From the NCBI GenBank assembly GCA_964016885.1, contig OZ024740.1, forward strand, positions 100,378,001 through 100,442,000: a stretch of 64,000 nt of DNA. The letters are read 5' to 3'. Both the position numbers and the translations under genes were made by a program. Of this stretch, positions 38,955-51,740 are shown piece after piece. Each line of letters begins with the position of its first letter. Within the stretch, counting starts at the first letter, position 1. Below the pieces are notes generated by a model. That model saw only the letters and a list, made by a program, of their open reading frames with translations. It was not told the origin of the DNA and made no database searches. The stretch comes from Eledone cirrhosa (taxonomy: Eukaryota).

Positions 38955-40274
38955 TTCATATTTTGGAATTTTCAGTATTTTGCTAGTTCTACTGATTTTG
39001 CTATTTGAACACCAAGTGAAATCCTCTGTTGTTCAGCACATGTTTCCAACAAACAAGCTTTCTGAAAGATGCTGAATTTCTTTTTACCATGAATACTTTC
39101 CAACCAGCCCACCAAGTTTTGTGCACTCTCATTGAAGCCCCAATTATCATTTCTATATCTGCAAAATCTCATACTTCATGTTATCATATCTTTTTACCTT
39201 TTCAGTATATTTTTCCATGATTCTAAACTCCAATGGGCATGCAACATCAATTATCCAGCATTTTGTTTTCTCTTTATGATTCACAAGTATACTTGGTTTG
39301 TTGTACTTTAATTCTTTATTGGTCTGTATAGAAAATTCCCAGATAATCTTCACTTTCTTAATCTCCATTCTCTTTTCAATCTTATGATCATATTACTTAA
39401 CTGAGGCTTTCATATTGAACCAATGACACATCCTCCAGTGTATTACCTCAGCAACTCTATCATGTCACCATATTTAATAGCATTTCTAAGCTAGGGCATT
39501 GAATTTTGCTACAATATATGACAATGTCTCATCTCTGGCACTATGCATGTGACACTTCTCTGAAACATCTTCTCCATCAAACGTTTTTCTCATATACCTT
39601 ATTTTCAGTGACTGATCCTGAGGAGTCATGATCATTCCTTCCATCTTTCATTTTCTGTACAATCTCAGCTCTAGTGATCTCTGATAAATTCAGTTTTCAT
39701 ATAAAACCTCCCATGTCGAGCTTTCTTAGTGTAATACTGCAGTATTTCCCTTTTGTAATATTTTCCTTGTCTTCTTCCAAAAGTTCTCATTACTTACTCT
39801 TTTATCAAGATTTCACCACTTTCAGTCATATATTTTCATAAGCTTTCAACTTCCCACTAAATCATCATGGTAAATATAGTCCATTAGCACATATGATTAA
39901 CTCGATAAATAGTTAATAGCTTCCTTGTCTTGCTGTTAATTTCGTCCAGTTCATCTTTTTTCCAAAATATTATGCCTTATCACAAACAGAGTCCTTGAAT
40001 TTAATGCAGATACTGTGTATCCTGCACTGAATTTAAATTACAATATAATTCTTATCCTTTGAAGTACACTTTCTAACTATATTTTTTTATGTCTGTAAAG
40101 TCGTTGTGTAGGTGTCACAACAAAAAACACCCAGTACTCACTGTAAATGGGGTTGGCATAAAGAAGGGCTTCCAGCTGTGGAAACCAAGCCCAAATCAGT
40201 TCTGTATGAGCAAGACATTTCTCACAACAGGATAACTTATCTAACTCATGATAGCAAGGAAAAATGGACATTAA

Positions 40275-40312
<38 letters not shown>

Positions 40313-41720
40313 ATCTGCTTCAAAATCTCCAAGATATTTATACACTTTATCCCTATCTATTTGCATCATTTGTTGAACCATTCAATACCTTTATTCCGCT
40401 GCTTTCCAAATCCTTTCCCTGTTTGATAATCACACATTAGATTTTTGAATACCAAATTTCATTCCAATATCTTGATTAAATACGCAGACTGCATTAATCA
40501 AGGGGTCCAGCTATTTTTCATTCTTTTCATAGTTTAAGGTCCTCCACAAACAGCAAGTGATTTATGGTAACATTCCTTTTTACTAAATCATATTCTGTTT
40601 TACTCTTTCTCAAAATCAGTGCCATTGGTATCAATGAAATCACAACTAATACGGGTTAAAGATTGTTTCCCTGAAAAATAACTCTTTTAATTGCCACATC
40701 TCTCAACATTTGGTCACAAACATGAAGCTCTTCTTTCTGCTTTTCTATGCTACTTTTCATTAACTCTGTAACATCTATTGCAATGCCCACCAATCTCATG
40801 CTTTCTAATATCCTTTTCAAGGTCTTCATATATTCCTTCTGAAACTGTCTGTCAAATGTTTCCACATCAATGGAAGGTACGTTATTGGCTGGTAGTTTCA
40901 TACAACATTTCCTTTCTCTTTACTTTTCATAATCAACCTTGTAATATGAAATGTAAGCAACTCTGGTATATTTCTTGACTGCAGACACTCATTCAATAAT
41001 CCTGTCATGGCTGGCCTCACTGATGGAATATTCTTGAGCCAATATCCCTGAAGTATGCCAAGACCAGATGACGTCCAATTTGGTAACATTACAACTTGTT
41101 TTGTTACTGCTTCAGCCATGATTCCCATGTTTCACTGTCTCAACTCCATTTTCATTATGCTTTTCTGGTTTTTCCAAAATTTCTGGTTCTCCTCCACCTT
41201 AGCAACTTCATCCTGTGCCATGTCTTCCCCTTCCAGTTTCTCAAAGTTACCTTGGATTGTTCTGGAACAATTAATTTTGTTTGTCATAAAACCTTTACAA
41301 CTTTACAACTTTTCTCGAGCAGCCACTATTGTTTCATCTCAATTACTACCATGAAGCCTTTTAATTTTCGGATCATATACTTTCCATTCAACAATTACCA
41401 TCATTCCTTGTTTTTTAACTTCTCATCTTTTATGGTCTACTCAAATCCATCCTACTAAAATAAAAGATCATTCACTTCCTTCAAAGTAGTTGGTGAAAAT
41501 TATTTCACCACTTTGTCTACGATTTTGGCAAAAGATATGTTATAACTTGTATAAACCGATCACCAGTTTTCTTGGAGTTCTGCATAATTTATCATGACCA
41601 ACTTTTATGTTGCTTTGGGCGATTTGACAGAGTAGACCATTGCTACTTGGGAGGCTGCTGAATATGACCCCGTTTTCAGAAGCTGAATTGCTACATTCTA
41701 CACTGGCATCCATTTGGTGA
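38955..41720 (-). mobile_element. Older, heavily decayed R4/Dong-like element
   Basis: Fragments WEFSIQTNKELKYNKPSILV...WIIDVACP and LPNWTSSGLG..QGYWLK, with many stops. Interrupted by an RTE-tail fragment at ~40135-40310. Confidence 0.7.
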
Positions 41721-41759
41721 TCAAACAAAATGACCACTCATCGGAATCATTACATATTG

Positions 41760-42350
41760 AATGCTTGGTCTGCCAGAGATATCCCCTCTCTCCCTCCACT
41801 ATGTGTTTGCTTTGGAGCTTCCATTGAAGAGAATAGAAATCTTGAGAGCAATTCTACTGGAACCTAGTTGCAGATGACATCACAATCATGGTGTTGGACT
41901 CCAGCATGTTTCTGGAGATGCATTAACCAAGGAGTAAAGCTCATGCCAATGAGTGGAAATATCTGCCGTTGGACCAACAGCCCAGTTAAATTGCTTGGAA
42001 TCTGGTTTGGCCCATACCTTCAGGTAGACAAGAACTGGGAAGAGGTTATGGACGAGGTAAGCCATCTTACTCAGAAATGAGTTGAGAAAAAGCTATCCCT
42101 CAAATGTTGGGCGGGTGTGGCAAAGATGTACATCACTTTGTACCATTGTACCTTTTCCTCCAAAAGACCTGAGCAAATTGGAATGTATGCTCTTCCACCT
42201 ATTATGGGAGGAGCAAGTCTCACTGGCCAGCAAATCAATCTGCTACCAACATCCAATCCATGATGACCTTGGGATTGCATTACGGTTGATGTGCAGACGC
42301 ATGCTGCAAGCTAACACAGCTATAGAATTACCTCAAGAACAGCGATGTCA
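41760..42350 (+). pseudogene. Decayed Tx1-like RT fragment
   Basis: ADDITIMV and VKLLGIWFGPYLQVDKNWEEV match the other Tx1 copies. Confidence 0.7.
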
Positions 42351-42379
42351 ATGATAATGAAAACCAATGTGGGCACCTT

Positions 42380-43620
42380 TTGTTGAAAGCAAAAAACCTC
42401 CAAACAGAGGACCTCAACTGAATGGAAGGCAAAACCACGACATTGTAGATTCCCAGAATGACTTTCTGACAATAATATTGATCAGTATGGCTCACTATCC
42501 TGGCTCAAAAGTGCTGGTCTGAAAGCAGAGACTGAAGGATTCTTAATTGCTGTACAAAGACGAATCTTGAAACATTCAGGCCTATAGACACAGAATAGTG
42601 AAAGATGGGACTAGCCTTCTATACAAAATATACTACAAATACAAAGAAATGGTTGATCATGTTATCTCCGGGTGCCCAGAGCTAGCAAAAACTGATTTTA
42701 GAGCAAGATACAATCGCATTGCCAAATATTTGCACTGGATGCTCTGCCACTTTCATAACATCCAAACCTCTGACGAATGGTATGAACATCAACCAAAAAC
42801 AGTCATGGTAAATGGCAACATATCCATCTTCTGGGATATGACTGTGATAACTGCCTGAAAAATCACTGCCAAAAACACCAGATATCATCATAAAAAATAA
42901 ACAGATCGGCCATGTAGCCTTATAGATATTTCTGCACCAGCTGACGAGAATACAGCTGTAAAAACAATGGAAAAATTGTCAAAGTACAAAGACCTGGAAA
43001 TAGAGATCAACTGCATGTGGAGGATGACCACAAACACTATACCTGTGGTAACAGAAGCACTAGGATTACTACCCAAATCATCAGACCTGCACCTTGACAT
43101 CCTTCCCTGCAAGATCAATAAACATGAGATACTGAAGATTAGGCTACTAGGATTGTGATACATTCTCAGATGAGTTCTCTCTCTACAATGAAAACCTCTA
43201 TTGCCCTAACTTCAAGGCCTGAACCCGGCAATAGAGAAACACAACAGATCTAAATGAAATAACATAATGAGGATAATGATGAATGAGGAGGAAAGTGAGA
43301 AAGTTGAGAAATACCAGAAGCTGAAGTGGAAAATCAGGTAACTATGGAGAATCAGACACATAGAATTGGTACTGATCATGGTTGGTGCACTAGGCATAGT
43401 TAGTAAAAGGTCAGATGCATGGCTTGAGAAGCTAGGAATTACCACCAGGATCGGATTTGTTGCAGAAAACAGCCTTGCTAGAAACAGCAAGAATTCTAGG
43501 GAGGGTGTTGGAATATTGAAGGAGAAGGAGCTTTGGACATTGGCTATGGCGTGCTTTTTTGGTAAATTGTAAGTATAACATCTGCCAGAGCAAGAGTGTT
43601 ATGAATGATAATAATAAATA
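42380..43620 (+). mobile_element. Two decayed R4/Dong-like 3' fragments in tandem
   Basis: DHVISGCPELA...RYNRIAKYLHW...WYEHQP...FWD and EKLSKYKDLEIEI...IPVV; the second piece has EKVEKYQKLKW...IMVGALG and ends in (TAA)n. Confidence 0.75.
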
Positions 43621-43649
43621 TAATTGTTATTATTTTATTATTATTATTA

Positions 43650-44065
43650 TTATTGGTAGAATCGGTAGAGCATCAGACAACATGCTTAGCAGTATAGATT
43701 TATGCCCCTTTACATTCTAACCACAAATTTCACAGAGGTTAGCTTTGCCTTTCATCCTTACGGGGTTGTTAAAATAAAGTAACAGTTATGCACAAGAGTC
43801 AATTTAATTGACTTTCTTCTCCCCCAAATTTGCTGTCTTGTGCCTAAATCAGAAATTATTATTATTATTAGGGTGGTGGATTGGCAGTATCGGTAGACGG
43901 TCGGACGCCATACTTTGCAGCAAAGTGTTACGGCCCTTTATGGTCTGAGTTCAAATCCCGCCGAGGTTAACTTTGAATTTCATCCTTACGGGGTCGATAA
44001 AATAAAGTACCAGTAATGTACTGGGTAATTGATGGCCTTGTGCCAAAAGTAGAAACAATTATTAT
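43650..44065 (+). mobile_element. Two tandem MetaSINE-like elements
   Basis: The second copy (43870-44065) has A box TGGCAGTATCGG, B box GAGTTCAAATCCC and the CATCCTTACGGGGTCGATAAAATAAAGTACCAGT core. Confidence 0.85.
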
Positions 44066-44819
44066 CATCATCTTTATTATTGACCTTTTCTTCAAAACGA
44101 ACTAGGTATCTGCAGGAAAAAGCATAAAATGTTTCAAGGTTACACAACAGTATAGTGAGAATGCACTCAGTAACAATATTTACAGATACATATATCACTA
44201 TTTTCTGGAACAAACCAACTTTGATTATTGTTATGATCATTATCATTATTATTGCTGATTTAGTTGTTGCTGCTGTTGTTAATATTATTATATTCATTAT
44301 TGTTGCTGTTTTTGCTATTGTTCTGCAGTGAAAGCAAGGCCATATCAGAAACATGCAAGGTTATAGGTTTAGATATCTAACTGTCCTTATGATATTATAT
44401 CTATATCCTTTCTCTTGAAATTACAAGTCTGTATTCTCAATGCACGTATATCATTCCTCATGAGTGAAACATGAAGATAATTCCTCTTCCCCTGATAAGT
44501 GTCCATTTATAATATTATACACATTTCTCTTAAATCTTTCTGAAACAGAAATAAGAATGGATATGTTTCATGTGTCTGTGTGTATCACTCTTTCATTTTA
44601 CATTCATATCCTGCTCACGCAAACATACATATTACAATGCATATACTTTACTCCTTAATTTTTTTCATTACTTTTATTTTTTGCCTTGTTTTATTCTCTG
44701 CTTCACAAAAATATATAAATCTCCTTGTATTTTTTTGGTTATTTTATCTTTGTTACCTTCTCTTCAGATTTTACTAGCAGGGAAAAATGATGAAGATAAT
44801 GATGATAATTTTATAAATA

Positions 44820-45205
44820 TCATCATCAACATCATCACCGTTTAACATCAATCTTCCATGCTAGCATGGGTTGATGAGTTGTACTGTTGAGACAAGTTTG
44901 ATCAGATGACAGTGTCTTGTTCATACAGAGCCATTTCTGGCTTGGTATCTATGGCTGGGTGCCATTCATATTGGCAACCGCATTTATAGTGTGGACTGGA
45001 TGCTTTTTATCATCGCAGCAAAATTACCATATTACAGTGAAGACTGGGAACTTTTGTTGTGAACCCAACATGGCCACTTTACAGTGTGGTCTAGGTGCTT
45101 TTGTTGCATCACTATCATGACCACTTTACAGGGTGGTGGGGATGTTTATTGTCATGTCACTAACACAACCACTCAATTGGCTAGACTAGGAGCCTTTTGT
45201 CATGT
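44820..45205 (-). mobile_element. RTE-tail-related fragment with internal ~45-bp repeats
   Basis: CATCATCACCGTTTAAC...CATGCTAGCATGGGTT plus repeated CCACTTTACAGTGTGG-like units. Confidence 0.6.
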
Positions 45206-46289
45206 CATAAATATATATATTTATATATATTAATGCATATATTTAGGTAGACACACTCACACACACATATATATATGTATGTGTATGGGTTTAAACAGCA
45301 AAATTGCACACAAATGAATAAACTCATCTATTTTCTTCATCAGCCAAACCTTGGCAATGCAATGCAATTCCATGCCTAAGTGTGGTATTGCATATTATTA
45401 AGCCCTTATTACTAATAGGGCTTCTTAGAAAACAACTAGCCAGATCAATTGGAGATGGCTGCTCGTGATATGAACCATTGGAAGAAGTACTTGAGAACTC
45501 TGCCCCTTGAATCTCCCAGGAATAGTGGGCAAAGAAGAACAACAACATAAACAACAGATATTATTACATAATAAAATTCCTAAATAACTCCTATCAAAGA
45601 GAATAGTCCAAGAGATTCAAAGCACATATTAATGATATAAAACAGATTAATACAATCAATTAGATCATTATCTGTCTGACAGGTTATGGAATAAAACATG
45701 TATCTTATTCATTACTATCATTCATAATTAAAAACCTCAATGATACAGCAATTTTATGTCCACTGTATATTTTATCAAACAGTTTCTACATCTGTTATTA
45801 ACCCTCAACACCATCGCTGTCTTTCTCCTCCGCCTCATAATCACCATCATATTGATCATAATTAAAAATGGAATTATCGTTATTATCATAATTCTTATTC
45901 TCATTATGTCTGTTGATGTTCTTATTACACTGTATAACAAACATTTTTTTTTTCTCTGTTCCTGGCTTGTAATCACTTTTTTGTGTTGCTTAGGTCCCAA
46001 ATAAATAAAAAAGTGCTATTAAACAGTTAAAGTTTGGTTTTGTAAAAATTCTAAGCTATTCACTAGAATTATTTGTATGCTGGATTTTACGTTGTAAGTT
46101 TAATTTGCTTATGTTAAATGATTTTTTTTATATATGTTTCAGGTTAAATTAAAATGATAAAATAAAGAGTAATACCTAAAGAAAATTATAAAAGTGCAAT
46201 AAAGTATAAAATTGTTAAAAAGTGGATTAAAGAGATTTATTGATACTGGATTTTCGTACCCTGAATAAAGGTAAGTTGTGTTTTAAGCA

Positions 46290-47372
46290 TTCGACTCCAG
46301 GATGAAGCAGTGGAACTTGGTCAAGGAGGAAGTGCAGGTGACAAGTCAGAGAAGTCGACACAAACCTTTCTCAGGCTTTTACACTCTTAGGGATGGCCTC
46401 TGCTTCTGCCATGACGTGCCTGGATTGTTTGACGTTATTGGGGTGCAGTTTGTGCCCAAAGAGTGGCGGCTATTTATAGACAGCTCCACCACAAGTTTGA
46501 AGGCTGTCCTCCTCCACAATGGAAACAAGTTCCTGACACTGCCCCTAACTCATTCAGTCTGCCTGAAGGAAGATTACTACAGTGTGAAAGTCCTCTTGAA
46601 AGCTCTGCAATACAACCAGTACAATTGGGAAATCATTGGAGACTTCAAGATGGTGGCTTTCCTGTTTGGACTCCAAGGAGGCTTTATCAAATTCCAATGC
46701 TTCCTCTGCCTTTGGGACAGCAGAGCCACCTCTGACCACTACAAAAGAAAGAACTGGGAGCAGCGAACAGAATTTGTAGTTGGGACCCAGAACATCATGT
46801 GGGAACCACTGGTTGATCCTAGGATTGTGCACATACCGCCACTGCACATTAAGTTGGGGTTGATGAAGCAGTTTGTGAAGGTTCTCAACCAAGAATCAGC
46901 CGCTTTTAAGTACCTTCTTGAGTTCTTCCCCAAGTTATCTGAGACTAAAATCAAAGGTGGAATTTTTGTTGGACCGCAGATAAAAAAGGTGTTTGAGTCT
47001 ACCGAGTTCTCGAATAAGCACAATAAAATTGAGAGAACAGCATGGAATTGTTTCAAGGCAGTTGTTAAGGGCTTCCTGGGCAACTATAGAGCTGAAAACT
47101 ACCAGCAACTGGTGCAGGATCTGATAAAGGCTTTTGGCACCATGGGATGCAGGATGTCGCTTAAACTCCATATGCTGGACGCTCACCTGGAAAAATTTCA
47201 AGGACAATATGGGCGCCTACTCAGAAGAACAAGGCGAACGATTCCACCTAGAAGTAAAAAAGATAGAGTGGAAGTACCAGGGCCATTACAATGAAAGAAT
47301 GATGGGCGATTATATCTGGGGGCTAGTGCGGGAATGCGATCTGGACTACAACCGCAAAACCAAGAAATCCAG
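46290..47372 (+). pseudogene. Chapaev3-like (CMC superfamily) transposase, N-terminally truncated, one frameshift
   Basis: WRLFIDSS..SLKAVLLHNGN, IGDFKMV, CFLCLWDSRA, PPLHIKLGLMKQFVK, GIFVGPQI, MSLKLH.L.AHL, then in another frame GAYSEEQGERFH...YQG...MMGDYIW. No TIRs recognised. Confidence 0.85.
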
Positions 47373-49825
47373 TCTCAGTCATTGATGTTATTTAAGTAGA
47401 AAGTTTGTTGAAATGAATATCAAGTCGCTACCTGCAGCCTCAGATATTCAGGACATATCGGAGGGTTCTTGCTGTTCCCAGCAAGCATGCCTTTTGAAGT
47501 GTTCCAAAAAGTGGGGCTGGACTAATCTTCTTTAACCATCCTTGGAAAACTCTTTGAGATAGTACCTAGTGCGCCTATGATAATCGGGATGACCTTGACT
47601 TCATGGCTGTTCCAAATCCTTTTTACCTCCCACTTTAAGTCCTGGTATTGGTTAATTTTCTCCCTCTCCTTTTCTTGCACTCTCGTGTCAAATGGGCAGG
47701 CTACATCTACAATCAGGCACGATCTTTTTTCCTTGTCCAAAACCAACAGGTCATGTCTATTGTGTTCTAATTTCTTGTCCGTCTGTATCCTAAAATCCCA
47801 TAGGAGCTTCACCTGATCGTTTTCTATCACCGACTCTGGCTTATGCTCATACCACTTCTCAGAATGTGGTAAATTGTTTACTTTGCTTAGATGCCAGTGG
47901 ATCACCCGGCCTAACACATCATGTCTCCAGCCGTTATAGTGAGTCTGGGCTAGGTGTTTACACTTGGATACAATGTGAGCCACAGTCTTCTCTCTCTCTC
48001 CACAGATCCTACACAGAGGGCTAGCCTCCTCCTTGTAAATATGGTGTTTCACCCACTTCATTCTGAGGGCCTGCTCTTGCGCAGCCATTAGCATTCCTTC
48101 TGTAGCCTTTTTAAGGTCTCCACTTTTTACCCAGTTCCATGTCTGTGGATCTGTAAATTCAGTTTTCTTAAAGAAGGTACTATGAAGGGATTTTTCATGA
48201 AGGTTGCTCTTCCTCCTTGTTGTTATTTCCTCCTTGGACATCCCCTGGTCTATTGTCTTCTCCTTCAGTACAATTTTGAGCATTGGCTCCCTACTGTCAG
48301 TCACGTATTTGTGCAGGTTCTTTTTCTCCATCTGAACACAGTCCTCTATGCTGATAAGACCTCTTCCACCTTCAGATCTCCTTAAGTAGAGTCTATCGAC
48401 ATCACTCCTCTTGTGGTACATGTTGTAGATAGTCAATAGCTTCCTAGTCTTCCTATCCATTTCTTTTTGTTCAGCAACATTCCATTTCAGAATTCCCGCA
48501 CTGTACCTAATAATAGACGCAGCTTGAGAATTCACTGCACTTATGACATTCCTATTATTTAGATGTGATTTTAATACGCTCCTTACTCTCCTAATGTACT
48601 CAGATCTTATCAATTCCTTTATTTTTTTGCTCTTGATGTCATCTGCCTCCAGAACACCTAAATATTTGTATCCTTCTTCAGTGTCAATTTCCTTTATCAT
48701 CTCACCTGTTGGTACCTGGATTCCATTGCTTCTGCTCAATTTACCCCTCTTCATCACTAGGACTCCACACTTATTAATACCAAATTCCATACATATATCA
48801 TTGCTGAAAATACGGACAGTGTCAACAAGTACATCCAACTCCTGTCACTCTTCCCAAAGAGTTTAAGATCGTCCATGAAGAAGTGGTGGTTGATGGTAAG
48901 CTCTCCTTTTACCAACTTGTATCCTGCTCTCATTTTTGCAATATAACGGTCAGGTCAAGGACAAACAGCAGAGGGGACAAACTATCTCCCTGGAAGATAC
49001 CTCTCTAGATCGTCATGCCTCCCAAGGATTCTCCACCCAATGTTAACTCTGTTTTCCAGGACTTCATACTTTTGCTCAACAACAGTCTGATATTATCTGC
49101 CACCCTGAAGATCTCTAGGCTTTTGGTTATCCAAGAATGAGGTACCATGTCGAATGCCTTTTTGTAATCTATCCATCCCATGGCAAGACCAGTATCTCTC
49201 CTCTTGCAATTCCTCATTACCATCTTATCAATATGTAACTGGTCTTTTGTACCACGGGACTTCTTTCGGCATCCTTTCTGTTCATCTGGTAACAAGTTGT
49301 TTATGTGGATGTGATGGTAGATTTCCTCAGACACAATGCTTGTTAACAGTTTCCACATTATGGACAGACATGTGATAGGTCTATAGTTGGTAACATCATT
49401 ACCCTTGATTCGGTCTTTCATTACCAGAACTGTGGTACCTTTTGTCAACCACTCTGGTACCTCACCCGACATCAAGCAGTCATTGAACATGGTTGTCAGT
49501 TTCGGGTGGAGGGATGTTATATTTTAATCCAATACTGCTGTACACCATCTGAGCCTGGTGATTCCCAGTTTGTTAGTTTTTTGGCCTGCTCTTTAAGAGT
49601 TTCAACTGTGATACTCAAATCAGTTTGTTGGTGTACTTGTTCACTAATCTCCTTTTGTACTGTCTCAATCCACACAGCCTGATTATTATGTTCAACATCC
49701 TGCTCCAATATTCCTTTCCAGAATGTCTTAATCTGTTCCGCCACAGGGATCAAGTCGTTCCCTCTTTCTTTCCCTTCAAGCTGTCCAAACAACACCTTCT
49801 GGTTGTTACCAAACGTGCATATTCT
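47371..49825 (-). mobile_element. R4/Dong-like non-LTR retrotransposon (family 2, copy 2)
   Basis: Highly similar to 36215-38650; a 438-aa ORF carries YKYLG, CRIC..HIVSKC, RHD, WYEH, DVACPFD and IIIGALG. Confidence 0.92.
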
Positions 49826-49864
49826 TCCCTTATATATTTTTTATTATTATATATATTATTATTA

Positions 49865-51725
49865 TGGAGGCCTCTTGGCGGACGTCTACTGCAACTGGCA
49901 ACAGAACGGAAGAATTCCCAGCTCTGTGAGCCAAGGAGTGGTGGCGCTGCTGAGAAAGGACCCGAACAAGGGGGATAACATAGATAATTTCAGGCCCATA
50001 ACTCTGCTAAACACAGAGTTTAACATTTTGGCCAAGGTGCTAGCAAAGAGGTTGGCGCTTGTCGTTGGTGGTCTGTTGGGAGAGGCGCAGACATGCACCA
50101 TTCCAAACAGATCGATCCACGACAACCTCCACCTCATGCGATACATCGTGGAGAGGGTAGCTAGGGTACCTGGCACGCGTGGGTCCTTGATAAATTTAGA
50201 TCAGTCGAAAGCTTTTCATAGGGTCGACCATCGTTATCTGGCGGCAGTCCTGTGGGCAGTTGGCTTTGGGCCCGTCTTCAGAGGCTGGATCGCTGCCATG
50301 CACAGTGACATCTGCTCTGTAGTGAGAGTGAATGGTCACCTTTCAGAACTGTTCAACATCATGCGCTCGGTCTGCCAAGGATGTCCCCTCTCGTCCCTCT
50401 TGTACGTATTGACTCTCGAGCCATTACTACACAAACTGGAGACGTTAAGGGGGGGTGGGGCATGTCAACATATGCGGACGATGTCACCATAGTGGTGTCG
50501 AACGCCAAACACATTGAGGCGATCGGCATTACACTAAGAGAATACAAAGTGGTGACAGGAGCAATGATCAACCATCAAATGTTGGTGGGCCTGCTGCTTG
50601 GCACCTGGAGAGGCAGGTCCATGCCATCCAACAGCTTCGTCGGGTGCTGGACGGACGGACCGGTTAAATTGCTAGGGGTCTGGTTCGGTCCGGACCTCCA
50701 GACGGACAAAAACTGGGACGAGGTGACGAGTAGGGTGGTTTCCCTCACCCAGAAATGGGCGGGGAGGAAGCTATCCCTGAAAGGTCGAGTGGAGGTGGCT
50801 AACGCATACATTGCGTCCGTCATCTACTACCGCCTGACCGTCATGCATTGTCCTAAGCCTGGCTTGACATTGCTGGAGTGTTTGCTCTTTCAGTTCTTGT
50901 GGCTGATGATGCGCAGACACGCGCTCAGGCTACGACATCTCCACCTCTTCCTCGACGGTGATCAGGTGTGGTCCCCGTTTGCTAGACGCGTCTTTACCCA
51001 GCTTGTCTCCTGGAGGTGCCGTCAGCTGGGCATGTCCAAGATGCACGCAGGGCGACGAAACCGTCCTGCACGCACTCATACAGTGTCCGAGCATTGCTAA
51101 CTTGTGGGTTTATGTCGATCACCTGCTGTCGCATGTAGGACGGATCCGGCTATCAGCTGAGTCCATCGTGAGGATTGCCCTGCCCTCTTCCTTTAGCCTC
51201 GAAGAGCAGGCAATTTTTATCTGTCTGGTGGCCATGGCGAAAGAGATAGTATGGTGGATGTGTCTGAAAGGGCTGAAGACGAGCACTTACCTCTTCGGTG
51301 ATGCCCTGATTAACTTTTTCCAATTTCATTTGAAAAGGAAAATCAGGGTAGAGAGGGAAGTGCTCTCTTCCCAGCATTTTGTTGAAAGATGGGTGATAGA
51401 AGCAAGAATGGCCTGGGTCAATGGGCCTACTCTGAGTTTGTGCCTGTAAATTGAAGGTGGAAAACTGGGAGAGGGAACTTGCCCTGGCGGTGAGGGTCAC
51501 CGTGGCTTTTTTAATGGGCTTTCTCCGCGATGGCCCTCGGAAGTCTCCCCGCTATTGGGGATTTTTCATTGTTTCTTCTTTTGTTACATCCTCTGTTTTT
51601 GATTTTTTTTACACGCAGAAATGCCCATTTGTACCGTCCTGTATTGTCCTGTATTGTCCTGTACTGTCCTTAATGTTTTACTTTGTGTAAACCCTTGTGG
51701 TTAATAAAGAAATCATTATTATTAT
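49865..51725 (+). mobile_element. L1/Tx1-like LINE, 5'-truncated with internal deletions
   Basis: NFRPITLLNTE, DQSKAFHRVDH, QGCPLS, TYADDV, CPRC...ETVLHALIQC; AATAAAGAAATCATTATT tail; (TTA)n on both sides. Confidence 0.92.
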
Positions 51726-51740
51726 TAATATTATTATTAT

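Noticed and set aside
43870-43965. tRNA gene
   Set aside because: A and B boxes are present, but there is no cloverleaf and it continues into a SINE core.
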